Below are positions 8,233-16,902 of a stretch of 39,994 bases of DNA, in pieces. The number at the start of each line of letters is the position of its first letter. The stretch's first letter is position 1. The notes under the pieces are model-generated. The model saw nothing but the letters and a program-made list of their open reading frames with translations, searched no databases and was not told the origin of the DNA. The position numbers were made by a program, and so were the translations under genes. This DNA comes from Chloroflexota bacterium (GTDB lineage: Bacteria > Chloroflexota > Dehalococcoidia > Dehalococcoidales > UBA2162): NCBI GenBank assembly GCA_043797985.1, contig JAZDPB010000035.1, forward strand, positions 1-39,994, written 5' to 3'.

Positions 8233-9270
8233 ATGTTACAACAACTTGAGGAACTAAGGCTAAAGGCTCTGCAAGAGTTAACCAGCATTAAAAGCACTAA
8301 AGAATTAGAATCATGGCGGGTTAGCTATTTGGGCAGGAAGAGTGCTCTGACCCAAGCTCTGCGGAGCTTAGCCAGTCTGCCGCTAGAGGAGAGGAAAACT
8401 TTTGGTGCTCGCGCAAATGAAGTTAAAGTCAATTTGGAGGATAGCTTCAGCCAAAAGGAACAGGCTGTCCGTGAGTCACAGCTAACCTTAGCCAAAAGAG
8501 AAAGCATCGATTTTACCCTACCTGGGTATCCTTTTCCAGCCGGGCATTTGCATCCAATCACTCAAACCATCCATGAAATATGCGACATTTTTGGTTCTAT
8601 GGGCTTTCAGGTGGTAGAGGGACCAGATGTTGAGTGGGACTATTATAATTTTGAGGCGTTGAACATCCCTGCGGAGCACCCGGCACGTGATACCATGTCA
8701 ACATACTGGCTTGATTCAGGGATGGAAAGCACAGAAAGGCCGAAGTTACTACGTACCCATACTACTTCGGTATCGGCACGGGTTATTGAGAGTATGCCGC
8801 CACCGATAAGGGTAATTGAGCCAGGCAAAGTCTACCGCTATGAGGCTAGTGATGCTACCCATGTGCCTATGTTCCACCAGATTGACGGTCTAGCAGTAGG
8901 AATAGGCATCACCATGGCTGACTTGAAGGGAACACTTTACGAGTTTGCTCGCCGTTTCTTTGGAGAGGACAGAAAAGTGCGTTTCCGTTGTGACTATTTT
9001 CCCTTCGTAGAGCCTGGAGTGGAGATGGCTATCGAGTGTATCGTATGTAGCGGTAAAGGTTGCCGCTTGTGTGGGAATAGCGGCTGGATTGAAATATTGG
9101 GAGCAGGTATGACACATCCTAAAGTATTGCAACGCGGGGGTATTGACCCGGATGTTTATACTAGCTTTGCCTTCGGCATAGGTGTTGACCGACTGCCTAT
9201 GTTACGCTATGGAATTGACGATGTCAGGCTGTTCTATGGCAATGACCTCAGATTCTTAGGGCAATTTTAA
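8233..9270 (+). CDS. pheS: Phenylalanine--tRNA ligase alpha subunit
   Basis: N-terminal coiled coil followed by a class II core ([39 protein letters not shown]). Confidence 0.95.
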   Translation: MLQQLEELRLKALQELTSIKSTKELESWRVSYLGRKSALTQALRSLASLPLEERKTFGARANEVKVNLEDSFSQKEQAVRESQLTLAKRESIDFTLPGYPFPAGHLHPITQTIHEICDIFGSMGFQVVEGPDVEWDYYNFEALNIPAEHPARDTMSTYWLDSGMESTERPKLLRTHTTSVSARVIESMPPPIRVIEPGKVYRYEASDATHVPMFHQIDGLAVGIGITMADLKGTLYEFARRFFGEDRKVRFRCDYFPFVEPGVEMAIECIVCSGKGCRLCGNSGWIEILGAGMTHPKVLQRGGIDPDVYTSFAFGIGVDRLPMLRYGIDDVRLFYGNDLRFLGQF

Positions 9271-9294
9271 GAGTTAAGAATATAGGTTATTTCT

Positions 9295-9423
9295 GACCTC
9301 ACCCCCTTTATTCCCCTCTCCTAACAGGAGAGGGGGGAAGAGAACTTAGAGAGGGGCGGATGCCCCTCTCTAAGTTACACTCCCCCTTCCCTTATTAAGG
9401 GAAGGGGGTAGGGGGATAGGTTG
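9295..9423. repeat. Composite three-hairpin intergenic repeat, copy 1 (pheS-pheT spacer)
   Basis: H1 is CCCCTCTCC/GGAGAGGGG (9313-9335). H2 is CTTAGAGAGGGG/CCCCTCTCTAAG (9345-9374). H3 is CCCCCTTCCCTT/AAGGGAAGGGGG (9382-9408). The leader is GACCTCACCCC and the tail is GATAGG. The same module order recurs at 23516 and 36151. Confidence 0.8.
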
Positions 9424-9463
9424 TAAACATTTACAATTATGAGGTTTGTAAGAGTAAGAGTGA

Positions 9464-11869
9464 ATGAAAGTTTCATTAAAGTGGCTTAAGGAATATGTAG
9501 ATATTAATCTCCCACTGACCGATTTAGCTGAGAGGCTGACCATGGCTGGCCTTGAGGTCAAAGGAATGGAGGTTATTGGTGGAAACTGGGAAAACGTTAT
9601 TGTTGGTCAAATAATAGCTATTAACCCACATCCTAACGCTGACCGACTCACTCTGCCTACGGTTGATTTAGGCACGGAACAAGCGACCGTTGTTTGTGGA
9701 GCGCCGAACCTCAGGGTTGGCGACAAGGTAGTCTTTGCCCGTGTCGGTGCTCAACTGGTAGATGGGCATACCGGGCAGGTAGTCGTCTTGAAATCAGCCA
9801 AGATTCGTGGAGTTGTCTCTAGTGGTATGGTCTGCTCGGAAAAAGAGCTAGGCATCTCAGACAGGCACGAGGGAATCATGGTATTGCCCGAATCAGCACC
9901 GGTGGGTATTCCGCTGACTGATTATCTGGGTGATGCTGTTCTGAATTTGGAAGTGACACCTAACCGTCCTGATTGCCTGTGTGTGATTGGCATCGCCAGG
10001 GAAATTTCTGCCCTGACTGGGCAAAGCCTGCATATTCCTGAAATTGCCTATGAAGAAACAGCATCTTCTATCGACCAGCAAATAGCCGTGGAAATCCTTG
10101 CTCCCGACTTATGCCCCAGGTATTGTGCTACTCTAACCACGGGAGTGAAGATTGCCGAGTCTCCATCCTGGATGCAACAGCGATTGTTGGCTTCCGGGAT
10201 GCGTCCGATAAGCAATATCGTCGATATTACCAACTATGTTATGCTGGAATACGGGCAGCCGCTCCATTCCTTTGATTACCATGCAATTATGGGAAAGAAG
10301 ATTATCGTGCGTAAAGCGGCTGAGGGTGAGCATATAATTACTCTAGACGGGGTAGAACGGGTCCTTTCCAGTGATACGCTGGTTATTGCTGATGAGAGGC
10401 GGGCAGTAGCAGTGGCTGGGGTGATGGGTGGTGCTAATACCGAGGTGATTGAAGAGACTACAGCGATACTGCTGGAGGCCGCCAGTTTTAACCCGGCAAG
10501 CATTCACTATACCGGTCAGAAATTAGGTTTACCCAGCGAAGCATGTATGCGATTTGAAAGGGGCATCCGTCCCGAACTTACCATGCCCGCGCTGAGACGG
10601 GCCACCCAGTTGATTGTTGAGCTAGGTGGTGGGAAAGCGGCTGCAGGTGTGGTTGATGTTTATCCTGGTAAGAAAGAGCCAGAGCCTATTGTAGTATCTA
10701 AGGATGAGGTGAAAAGAGTCTTAGGCACTGAGTTCAGCATGGAACAGATAGTAGTAACCTTGACTTCTCTAGGCTTTGACTGTCAGCGAAGAGATTCAAC
10801 TTCTGAGGTTGTGGCTACGGCTCCTTACTGGAGGAGTGATTTACATCTATCGGTTGACCTTGTCGAAGAAGTAGCCCGCATTACCGGCTATGACAAAGTG
10901 CCAATGACTATGCTCAGCCAGCCAATACCCAGGCTGAATCCTGAGCCTGTTATTGGGCTGAAGCGTGAGATAAGGCGCAGCCTTAACGGTTATGGGTTTC
11001 AGGAAGTAATTACCTATACGCTGACCAGTTTGGAAATGCTGAATAAGCTTTTCCCCGAATCTTCGCTCGTGAAGCCGATGCCACTTCGTGTCACTAATCC
11101 GATGACTGCCGAGCAGGAGTATCTTCGTCCTAACCTGCGAGCTAATCTTTTAGCTGCCCTTGCTACCAACAGGCGACATGAAGATGGTGGCATCCGGCTG
11201 TTTGAACTGGGTAAGGTATATATGGCGCGACCCAAGGACCTGCCTGATGAGCCTGAGGTACTGTGCGCTCTACTAAGCGGGCTTAGACTGGAGAAATCGT
11301 GGCAAACCGAGGATGAAACAATCGATTTCTTTGAGGCAAAAGGGGTCGTGGAAGGTTTACTCAAGCATTTAGGCGTGGAAGTCAGATTCGAACAGTGTTC
11401 CGATGAGAGTTTCCACTCAGCCAGACAGGCAGCAATAGTTATTGGCGGGAATAGGGCCGGCGTTGTCGGTGAGTTGCACCCGAAAGTATTAGAGAGTTTT
11501 GAGATTTCTGGAACTGCTCATCTTTTTGAGATTGACCTGAGAGCACTTCTGCCTTTTACCACTGCCCGCAGGGTGTTCAAGCCGATACCTCGTTTTCCTG
11601 CCACAGTTAGAGACCTGGCTCTGGTAGTCGATGCTGAAATAGTGAACCAGAAAGTCCTGGATATTATTAAGAGCTTCCCGCTGGTAGAGCAGGTTGCCCT
11701 ATTCGATGTCTATTCAGGTGACCAGGTTCCTCAGGGTAAGAAATCTATCGCTTATCGTCTCACCTTCCAGTCACCAACTCATACCCTCACCGACGAGGAA
11801 GTCAATAAGGTTCAGCAGCAAATACTGGATAAGCTATCCCACGAACTTGGAGCTATCCTGCGAGCCTGA
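9464..11869 (+). CDS. pheT: Phenylalanine--tRNA ligase beta subunit
   Basis: MKVSLKWLKEYVD... N-terminus, tRNA-binding OB fold, B3/4, B5 and FDX-ACB regions. 801 aa. Confidence 0.95.
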   Translation: MKVSLKWLKEYVDINLPLTDLAERLTMAGLEVKGMEVIGGNWENVIVGQIIAINPHPNADRLTLPTVDLGTEQATVVCGAPNLRVGDKVVFARVGAQLVDGHTGQVVVLKSAKIRGVVSSGMVCSEKELGISDRHEGIMVLPESAPVGIPLTDYLGDAVLNLEVTPNRPDCLCVIGIAREISALTGQSLHIPEIAYEETASSIDQQIAVEILAPDLCPRYCATLTTGVKIAESPSWMQQRLLASGMRPISNIVDITNYVMLEYGQPLHSFDYHAIMGKKIIVRKAAEGEHIITLDGVERVLSSDTLVIADERRAVAVAGVMGGANTEVIEETTAILLEAASFNPASIHYTGQKLGLPSEACMRFERGIRPELTMPALRRATQLIVELGGGKAAAGVVDVYPGKKEPEPIVVSKDEVKRVLGTEFSMEQIVVTLTSLGFDCQRRDSTSEVVATAPYWRSDLHLSVDLVEEVARITGYDKVPMTMLSQPIPRLNPEPVIGLKREIRRSLNGYGFQEVITYTLTSLEMLNKLFPESSLVKPMPLRVTNPMTAEQEYLRPNLRANLLAALATNRRHEDGGIRLFELGKVYMARPKDLPDEPEVLCALLSGLRLEKSWQTEDETIDFFEAKGVVEGLLKHLGVEVRFEQCSDESFHSARQAAIVIGGNRAGVVGELHPKVLESFEISGTAHLFEIDLRALLPFTTARRVFKPIPRFPATVRDLALVVDAEIVNQKVLDIIKSFPLVEQVALFDVYSGDQVPQGKKSIAYRLTFQSPTHTLTDEEVNKVQQQILDKLSHELGAILRA

Positions 11870-11910
11870 GAGCATTTGTAAGGGAAGTTTGAAGGGGGTG
11901 AGGTAGTCAA

Positions 11911-13608
11911 CTATCCCCTAATAAGCCCTTTGATTTTATCGACAGTTTCTCCCAGTACTACAAGCTCAGGTTTCGTTTCTGAGCGGCGCTTTAGCTCGAA
12001 GCTATTTTTCTCTAGGCTGCGGGGGCTAACGGTAATCCGGAGGGGTATCCCCAGCAGGTCAGCATCGTTGAATTTTACCCCTGGGGATTCTCTACGGTCA
12101 TCGAAGAGCACCTCTAATCCCTGTGTCATAAGTTCAGCATACAAAATTTCTGTCGCAGATGCCACCTGGGGGTTCTCCAGATATAAGGGACAAAGATAAA
12201 TCTGATAGGGAGCGATGGCGGAGGGCCAGATAATACCCTTGTCGTCATGATTCTGCTCTATGGCAGCGGCGAGCAACCTGCCCACACCAATACCGTAACA
12301 CCCCATAACAATCGGGCGGGAGACGCCACTCTGGTCAACAAAAAGGGCACCTAATTTCTGGCTGATGAAAGTGCCCAGTTTGAAGGTGTGCCCGACTTCA
12401 ATTCCGTGGGCAGATAATAGTTTACTGCCACATTTAGGACATCCATCCCCGGCACGAGCGCGGGCAATATCGGTAATGATGTCCGCTCTGAAGTCCCTCG
12501 GGTAGTTGACATTCTTGAAGTGAGTATCCGGTTTGTTGGCACCGGCAACAAAGTTGGCTCCTGAGGTTATCGAATCATCGGCAAGAACTTTAATGCCGCT
12601 TATGCCTACTGGAGAAGCAGCGCCGGGTACCAGTCCCGCTTCTATTACTTCGGCTTCAGTAGCCATGCGGAGGTCATGGCAACATAAGGCGTTTTTGAGT
12701 TTTGTTTCATTTACCTCGATATCACCCCTGATAACCACAAAGACCAGCGTGCCGTCAGCGATGTAGAATACCGCTTTGATAGTGCGGTTTTGGGGCATCT
12801 TCAAGAAACCTGACACTTCTTCGATTGTGCCCATACCCGGTGTTTTTACCTCTTCAATGGGTAATGGCTCGCCGCTTTCGAGCTTGACCTTGACGCTCTG
12901 GGCTTTTTCGGCATTAGCGGAATATTTGCAATTCGGGCAGTAGATAACTTCGTCTTCGCCGCTTTCGGTGATAAGTATGAATTCGTGGGAATCCTTGCCA
13001 CCGATGGCACCGCTATCGGCTTCGACCATCAATGTAGGCAAGCCACAGCGGTCATAGATATTCCGGTATGCCTGGAGCATCTTGTTATAGCTCTGGTCTA
13101 GTCCCTCTTCATCGGTGTCGAAGCTGTAGAGGTCCATCATGTCGAACTCGCGGACTCTAATTAGCCCTCCTCTGGGGCGAGGCTCGTCGCGGAACTTGGT
13201 CTGGATTTGATATAGGAGGAGAGGCAGGTCGCGGTAGCTCTGCACGTTGTATCTTACCAGCTCGGTGATGACCTCTTCATGAGTTGGTCCCAGGGCAAGC
13301 TTGCGCTCCCGGCGGTCGTAGAGGGTAAACAGGCTTTGTCCAAATGCCTGGTCGCGTCCGGTTTGCTGCCATAGCTCCAGGGGCTGAAGGGCGGGGAGCA
13401 TTAGCTCTTGTCCGCCGGCTTTATCCATCTCCTCCTGGATGATATTCTCAATCTTCTTGAGCACTCGCCAGCCCAGAGGTAAATAGGCATAGACCCCGGC
13501 GACTACCTGGCGAATCATCCCGGCCCTTAATAATAGCTGGTGGCTGATGGTATCTGCCTCTGATGGAAGTTCTCTCTGTGTCTTACCGAATAGCTCTGAT
13601 ATGCGCAT
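11911..13608 (-). CDS. proS: Proline--tRNA ligase (bacterial type with INS editing domain)
   Basis: MRISELFGKTQRE...SHQLLLRAGMIRQ... N-terminus and class II motifs. The 565-aa length is consistent with an inserted editing domain. Confidence 0.95.
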   Translation of the reverse strand: MRISELFGKTQRELPSEADTISHQLLLRAGMIRQVVAGVYAYLPLGWRVLKKIENIIQEEMDKAGGQELMLPALQPLELWQQTGRDQAFGQSLFTLYDRRERKLALGPTHEEVITELVRYNVQSYRDLPLLLYQIQTKFRDEPRPRGGLIRVREFDMMDLYSFDTDEEGLDQSYNKMLQAYRNIYDRCGLPTLMVEADSGAIGGKDSHEFILITESGEDEVIYCPNCKYSANAEKAQSVKVKLESGEPLPIEEVKTPGMGTIEEVSGFLKMPQNRTIKAVFYIADGTLVFVVIRGDIEVNETKLKNALCCHDLRMATEAEVIEAGLVPGAASPVGISGIKVLADDSITSGANFVAGANKPDTHFKNVNYPRDFRADIITDIARARAGDGCPKCGSKLLSAHGIEVGHTFKLGTFISQKLGALFVDQSGVSRPIVMGCYGIGVGRLLAAAIEQNHDDKGIIWPSAIAPYQIYLCPLYLENPQVASATEILYAELMTQGLEVLFDDRRESPGVKFNDADLLGIPLRITVSPRSLEKNSFELKRRSETKPELVVLGETVDKIKGLIRG

Positions 13609-13677
13609 ATTTATAGAAACCGAGTACCTTTCTCTTTCATTTTAAGATATGGTTGTCGTGAGCTTAAGTTCTTGTTG

Positions 13678-13881
13678 TTAAGTTATCCTTTTACCGCCAG
13701 CTTCGGCAGTATAGGTAATTGCATCAATTAACCACCAAACCAATAATCCGCCACAAGTAACCAATTTCAAGATGCCCAAGCCAATCTGGCCGTCATAGAA
13801 GCGGTCGGCGCCTAAATATCCAATGCACCACGATAGCATCATGCGTATGTGTGCTCTTCCCCACTGTGGCAATTCTCCCAT
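13678..13881 (-). CDS. TM2 domain-containing small membrane protein
   Basis: WCIGYLGADRFYDGQIGLGILKLVTCGGLLVWWLIDAI: two TM helices around the DRF-type motif of TM2 domains. GGAGAG SD. Confidence 0.7.
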   Translation of the reverse strand: MGELPQWGRAHIRMMLSWCIGYLGADRFYDGQIGLGILKLVTCGGLLVWWLIDAITYTAEAGGKRIT

Positions 13882-14042
13882 CGTTCTCTCCTTTTTCCAA
13901 GGTTATATGGTTTCGAGTAAAATCAGACGCTCCGAGATATTAAATCATATTGGGCGGATTTATTCCAGTCGGTGTTGTTACGGTTCTGTTTGCATTTGGT
14001 TGATTCAATATTATTACTAGAGACTAAACAGCTTTTTCAAAG

Positions 14043-14213
14043 ATGTCATTCCAGCGCAGGCTGGAATCCATTGGCGGGGAGAGGTAGACCTGGATTCTGG
14101 CTTTCGCCAGAATGACATACCTACCCCTTCCCTGACGTAGGCTTCCCCCTTTCTTAAAGGGAGATAGTGAGGGATTTAAAATCCCCCTGCTTCCCCCTTT
14201 ACCAAAGGGGGAA
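14043..14213. repeat. Cluster of palindromic hairpin units (a GTCATTC...GAATGAC pair plus CCCTTT/AAAGGG-type hairpins)
   Basis: ATTCCAGC-gcag-GCTGGAAT (14048-14067) and ATTCTGGC-tttc-GCCAGAAT (14094-14113) are bracketed by ATGTCATT (14043-14050) and AATGACAT (14111-14118). Further stems lie at 14147-14161, 14171-14185 and 14191-14213. Confidence 0.75.
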
Positions 14214-14223
14214 TGATTTTATA

Positions 14224-14246
14224 AAAGAGAGGCGAAACCTCTCTTT
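14224..14246 (-). terminator. Terminator hairpin downstream of the orphan gene (minus strand)
   Basis: AAAGAGAGG-cgaaa-CCTCTCTTT, a 9-bp stem. On the minus strand it runs into TTTTAT. It lies 48 nt past the stop at 14294. Confidence 0.55.
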
Positions 14247-14293
14247 GGACGTATTTCCTACCATTTTTCAATGTATATTCTCGGTATTGTAGT

Positions 14294-14959
14294 TCATTGT
14301 GTTTGCTTTTCCCACAAATACCATTTTTGTAAAGTGTCAGTAGTCGGAGGCATAACGTTTTTTGTTATCGTCACCCAATTGTATTCGTCAATGAGTTTGA
14401 CAAGACTTGACTGTGGTCTAGCTAATTCGCTCGGAAGTTTGCTGAGTAAAATTCTGTATCTGGCGCACTCTGTATCTAATTCACAAAGTTGTTTTTTGGT
14501 AGCTATTAGAAATGCCTTATATGACTTGGCGCTGCCATTGTACTTCCACTTCTTTCTCATAGCTACATCCCATGGAGGAAAAACATCCTTCCTAAGAGCA
14601 AAAAGTATCTTCGAAGCACAAGTTGGCCCGATGTGCGGTATGGTTTGTAATGTATTGTACGACTCTACGATGCGTTCAAGTTCGCTATCAAGGATTTTCA
14701 ACAGATTTGTGTTTGGTGAAGGTAAAAGGCTTCTATTATCATCGTACCATGACTCTAGTTTTCCTTTGATTTCTGGGTGAAATGTGTCTTTAATGCGACA
14801 ACCCCATTTATTGAGCCATTCTAATAACGCGCCCTTGTGTTCAGTATTATGCACGTCCAGACAAGGCTTAGTCTTGTCTAGAAAATCACGGTAAGTCTTA
14901 TCAAAATCTGTAAAGTTGGCGTAACCATAGCATGCACATGCTAATTCATATAACTTCAT
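14294..14959 (-). CDS. Hypothetical protein, low-GC orphan with a helix-hairpin-helix-like motif
   Basis: 221-aa ORF with AAGGAGG 7 nt before the ATG, starting 15 nt after the ispG stop. Contains HIGPTCASKILFALRKDVFPPWD. Hand counts of two 60-nt lines give about 38-42% GC, against about 50% for a line in ispG. Confidence 0.7.
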   Translation of the reverse strand: MKLYELACACYGYANFTDFDKTYRDFLDKTKPCLDVHNTEHKGALLEWLNKWGCRIKDTFHPEIKGKLESWYDDNRSLLPSPNTNLLKILDSELERIVESYNTLQTIPHIGPTCASKILFALRKDVFPPWDVAMRKKWKYNGSAKSYKAFLIATKKQLCELDTECARYRILLSKLPSELARPQSSLVKLIDEYNWVTITKNVMPPTTDTLQKWYLWEKQTQ

Positions 14960-14974
14960 ACTTTTCCTCCTTTT

Positions 14975-16021
14975 CTAGAACCTCTCCACCTCTTTTATCA
15001 GCGCTGTCAAAAAATCTCTTTCCTCAACCACGCCAATCTTTTTGCCTTTTCTAAATAAGACTCCTCTGCCTTTGCCGCAGGCGATGCCAATATCGGCGTC
15101 TCTGGCTTCGCCGGGACCATTGACTACGCAGCCCATTACGGCTACCTTTATTGGCTTGGTGAGCTTTAATAGCTCTTTTTCTACCTGCTCAGCCAATTTG
15201 ATAATATCAACCTCTGTCCGACCACAGGAGGGGCAACTGACCAGGATGGGCCCGTGCTGGCGGAGGTTCAGGCTTTTCAGGATTTCGTAGGCAGCAAATA
15301 CCTCTTCTTTGGGGTGGGCGGTTAGTGATACCCGGATGGTATCGCCAATACCCAGGTAGAGCAGGGTGCTGATGCCCACAGCGCTGCGGATAATACCTGT
15401 CCTGGGCGTGCCGGCTTCGGTGATGCCGATGTGCAGTGGATAGGGTATTTTGGTCGCAATGTCTCGATAGGCTTCGATGGTCGTCGGCACATCGAAGGCT
15501 TTGAGGGAGACCTTGATGAGGTCGAAGTCCAGACTCTCCAGAAGCCTTATCTGCTCTAATGCCGCCGCTACCATCTGCTGGGCGGTGGTTAATTCAGGAT
15601 TAACTTTTTTAGGCAGGCTGCCGGCGTTTAACCCGATACGGATGGGGACATTTCTTTCCTTAGCCGCCTGAGCTACGGCTTTAACCTTTTCCGGGTCATC
15701 GATATTGCCCGGATTTAGACGCAGCCCGTCAGCACCAGCCTTCAGTGCGGCTAAAGCCAGCCGATAGTCGAAGTGAATGTCGGCAATTACGGGCAGGGGA
15801 GTGCCTTTTTTAATTGCTTGTATAGCCTGCGCTGCCTGCATATCAGGCACCGCCACCCGCACTATCTCGCAACCGCAATCCTCTAACTCCTTGATTTGGT
15901 GAATAGTTGACATAATATCACGAGTGTCCGTATTGGTCATTGATTGCACCACGATGGGGGCATTTCCACCGACGGTTACATTACCAATTTGAATCGGTTT
16001 ACTCGTTCTACGCGGATTCAT
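14975..16021 (-). CDS. ispG: 4-hydroxy-3-methylbut-2-en-1-yl diphosphate synthase (flavodoxin/ferredoxin type)
   Basis: RRTSKPIQIGNVTVGGNAPIVVQSMTNTDT..., CPSCGR...GCVVNGPGE cluster-ligand region. Confidence 0.95.
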   Translation of the reverse strand: MNPRRTSKPIQIGNVTVGGNAPIVVQSMTNTDTRDIMSTIHQIKELEDCGCEIVRVAVPDMQAAQAIQAIKKGTPLPVIADIHFDYRLALAALKAGADGLRLNPGNIDDPEKVKAVAQAAKERNVPIRIGLNAGSLPKKVNPELTTAQQMVAAALEQIRLLESLDFDLIKVSLKAFDVPTTIEAYRDIATKIPYPLHIGITEAGTPRTGIIRSAVGISTLLYLGIGDTIRVSLTAHPKEEVFAAYEILKSLNLRQHGPILVSCPSCGRTEVDIIKLAEQVEKELLKLTKPIKVAVMGCVVNGPGEARDADIGIACGKGRGVLFRKGKKIGVVEERDFLTALIKEVERF

Positions 16022-16082
16022 AATTGTTTATCTACTCTCCTTTCGGGTTATCATCAGCTTTGTATTAAAAGTAGTACATTCT

Positions 16083-16352
16083 GTCATTCTGAGCGTAGCG
16101 AAGAATCCGTAATAAAATCCCCCAAGAATAGATTCTTCGTCGCTTTGCTCCTCAGAATGACTTTTGGGGCGAAGCCCCTCTTATACTCTCTATTATCGCT
16201 GCGCAAGGAGCAAGGTCCTCTGCAAATCCTCCCTTCCCAACTTGAGGTTATCCTAAACTGTCATTGCGAGACCCCAATTTCATCGGGGCAAGAGCAATCT
16301 CAATAAATACACAGATTTATGTGGGGACCCACCCCCTTTGCAAGGGCGGGGG
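16083..16352. repeat. Hairpin-repeat array filling the leuD-ispG spacer
   Basis: A long imperfect hairpin runs from GTCATTCTGAG (16083-16093) to CTCAGAATGAC (16151-16161), with inner stem CGAAGAATC/GATTCTTCG. Also GGGGC-gaa-GCCCC (16166-16178), a GTCATTGCGAG-type unit (16263-16298), and CCCTT-tgc-AAGGG extended by C/G runs (16328-16352). Confidence 0.75.
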
Positions 16353-16362
16353 AATTGTTACG

Positions 16363-16386
16363 AAAAGAGGGACGGAGTCCCTCTTA
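16363..16386 (-). terminator. Intrinsic terminator of leuD (minus strand), overlapping its stop codon
   Basis: The minus strand reads TAA-GAGGGAC-tcc-GTCCCTC-TTTTCG. Confidence 0.7.
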
Positions 16387-16893
16387 AACTCCCTGTAACT
16401 TGCCGTATTCCTGCTTGAGCAGTGTCACCACGCCTCCAGCCTCCAGGATTTTCATCGCTACATCAGGCAGAGGCTCTGCCTGGAGGACTTTTCCTGAGGT
16501 CAGGTTTTTCACTTCCCCCGTGTGGAAATTAGCTTGCAGAATGTCCCCCTCGTTAAAGGCGTCATACACCCCTTTGCAGTACAGGACGGGAAACCCAAGA
16601 TTAACCGAGTTGCGGAAAAATATTCTTCCGAAGGATTCGGCGATGGCGCAACTCAACCCCAGTGTAATGAGGTTGCGAGCCGCCGGACGGCTGGAGCCAC
16701 AGCCGAAGTTTTTCCCACCGACGATGACGTCGCTGGGCCGTACCGATTTGGCGAATTCCGGACGATTAGCCCGCATGCAGAAGGTTGCCCTTTCTTGTGG
16801 TGTTCCCCCTCGGGCGAAACCGGGCATCATGAAGTCAGTGCTGATATTGTCCCCGAATTTCCATACTTTTCCTTCGATGACTGATATAGGCAT
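16384..16893 (-). CDS. leuD: 3-isopropylmalate/homoaconitate dehydratase small subunit (short archaeal-type)
   Basis: 169 aa, GKVWKFGDNISTD...GGKNFGCGSSR... aconitase swivel domain. Lies directly downstream of the large subunit. Confidence 0.8.
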   Translation of the reverse strand: MPISVIEGKVWKFGDNISTDFMMPGFARGGTPQERATFCMRANRPEFAKSVRPSDVIVGGKNFGCGSSRPAARNLITLGLSCAIAESFGRIFFRNSVNLGFPVLYCKGVYDAFNEGDILQANFHTGEVKNLTSGKVLQAEPLPDVAMKILEAGGVVTLLKQEYGKLQGV

Positions 16894-16902
16894 CTATTCT
16901 CC

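Noticed and set aside
9295-9423. Whether the recurring hairpin repeats could be a CRISPR array
   Set aside because: There is no regular repeat-spacer periodicity and the units differ from one another. The copies are kilobases apart, and no cas genes are present in the window.
9370-9561. 63-aa minus-strand ORF across the pheS-pheT spacer (…LPPSLNKGRGSVT). Similar ORFs occur at 23520-23708 (-) and 15944-16306 (+).
   Set aside because: They are translations of the GC-tract hairpin repeats, giving low-complexity Pro/Gly/Leu/Arg/Ser strings. They lack ribosome-binding sites, and one overlaps the pheT start. I treat them as repeat artefacts.
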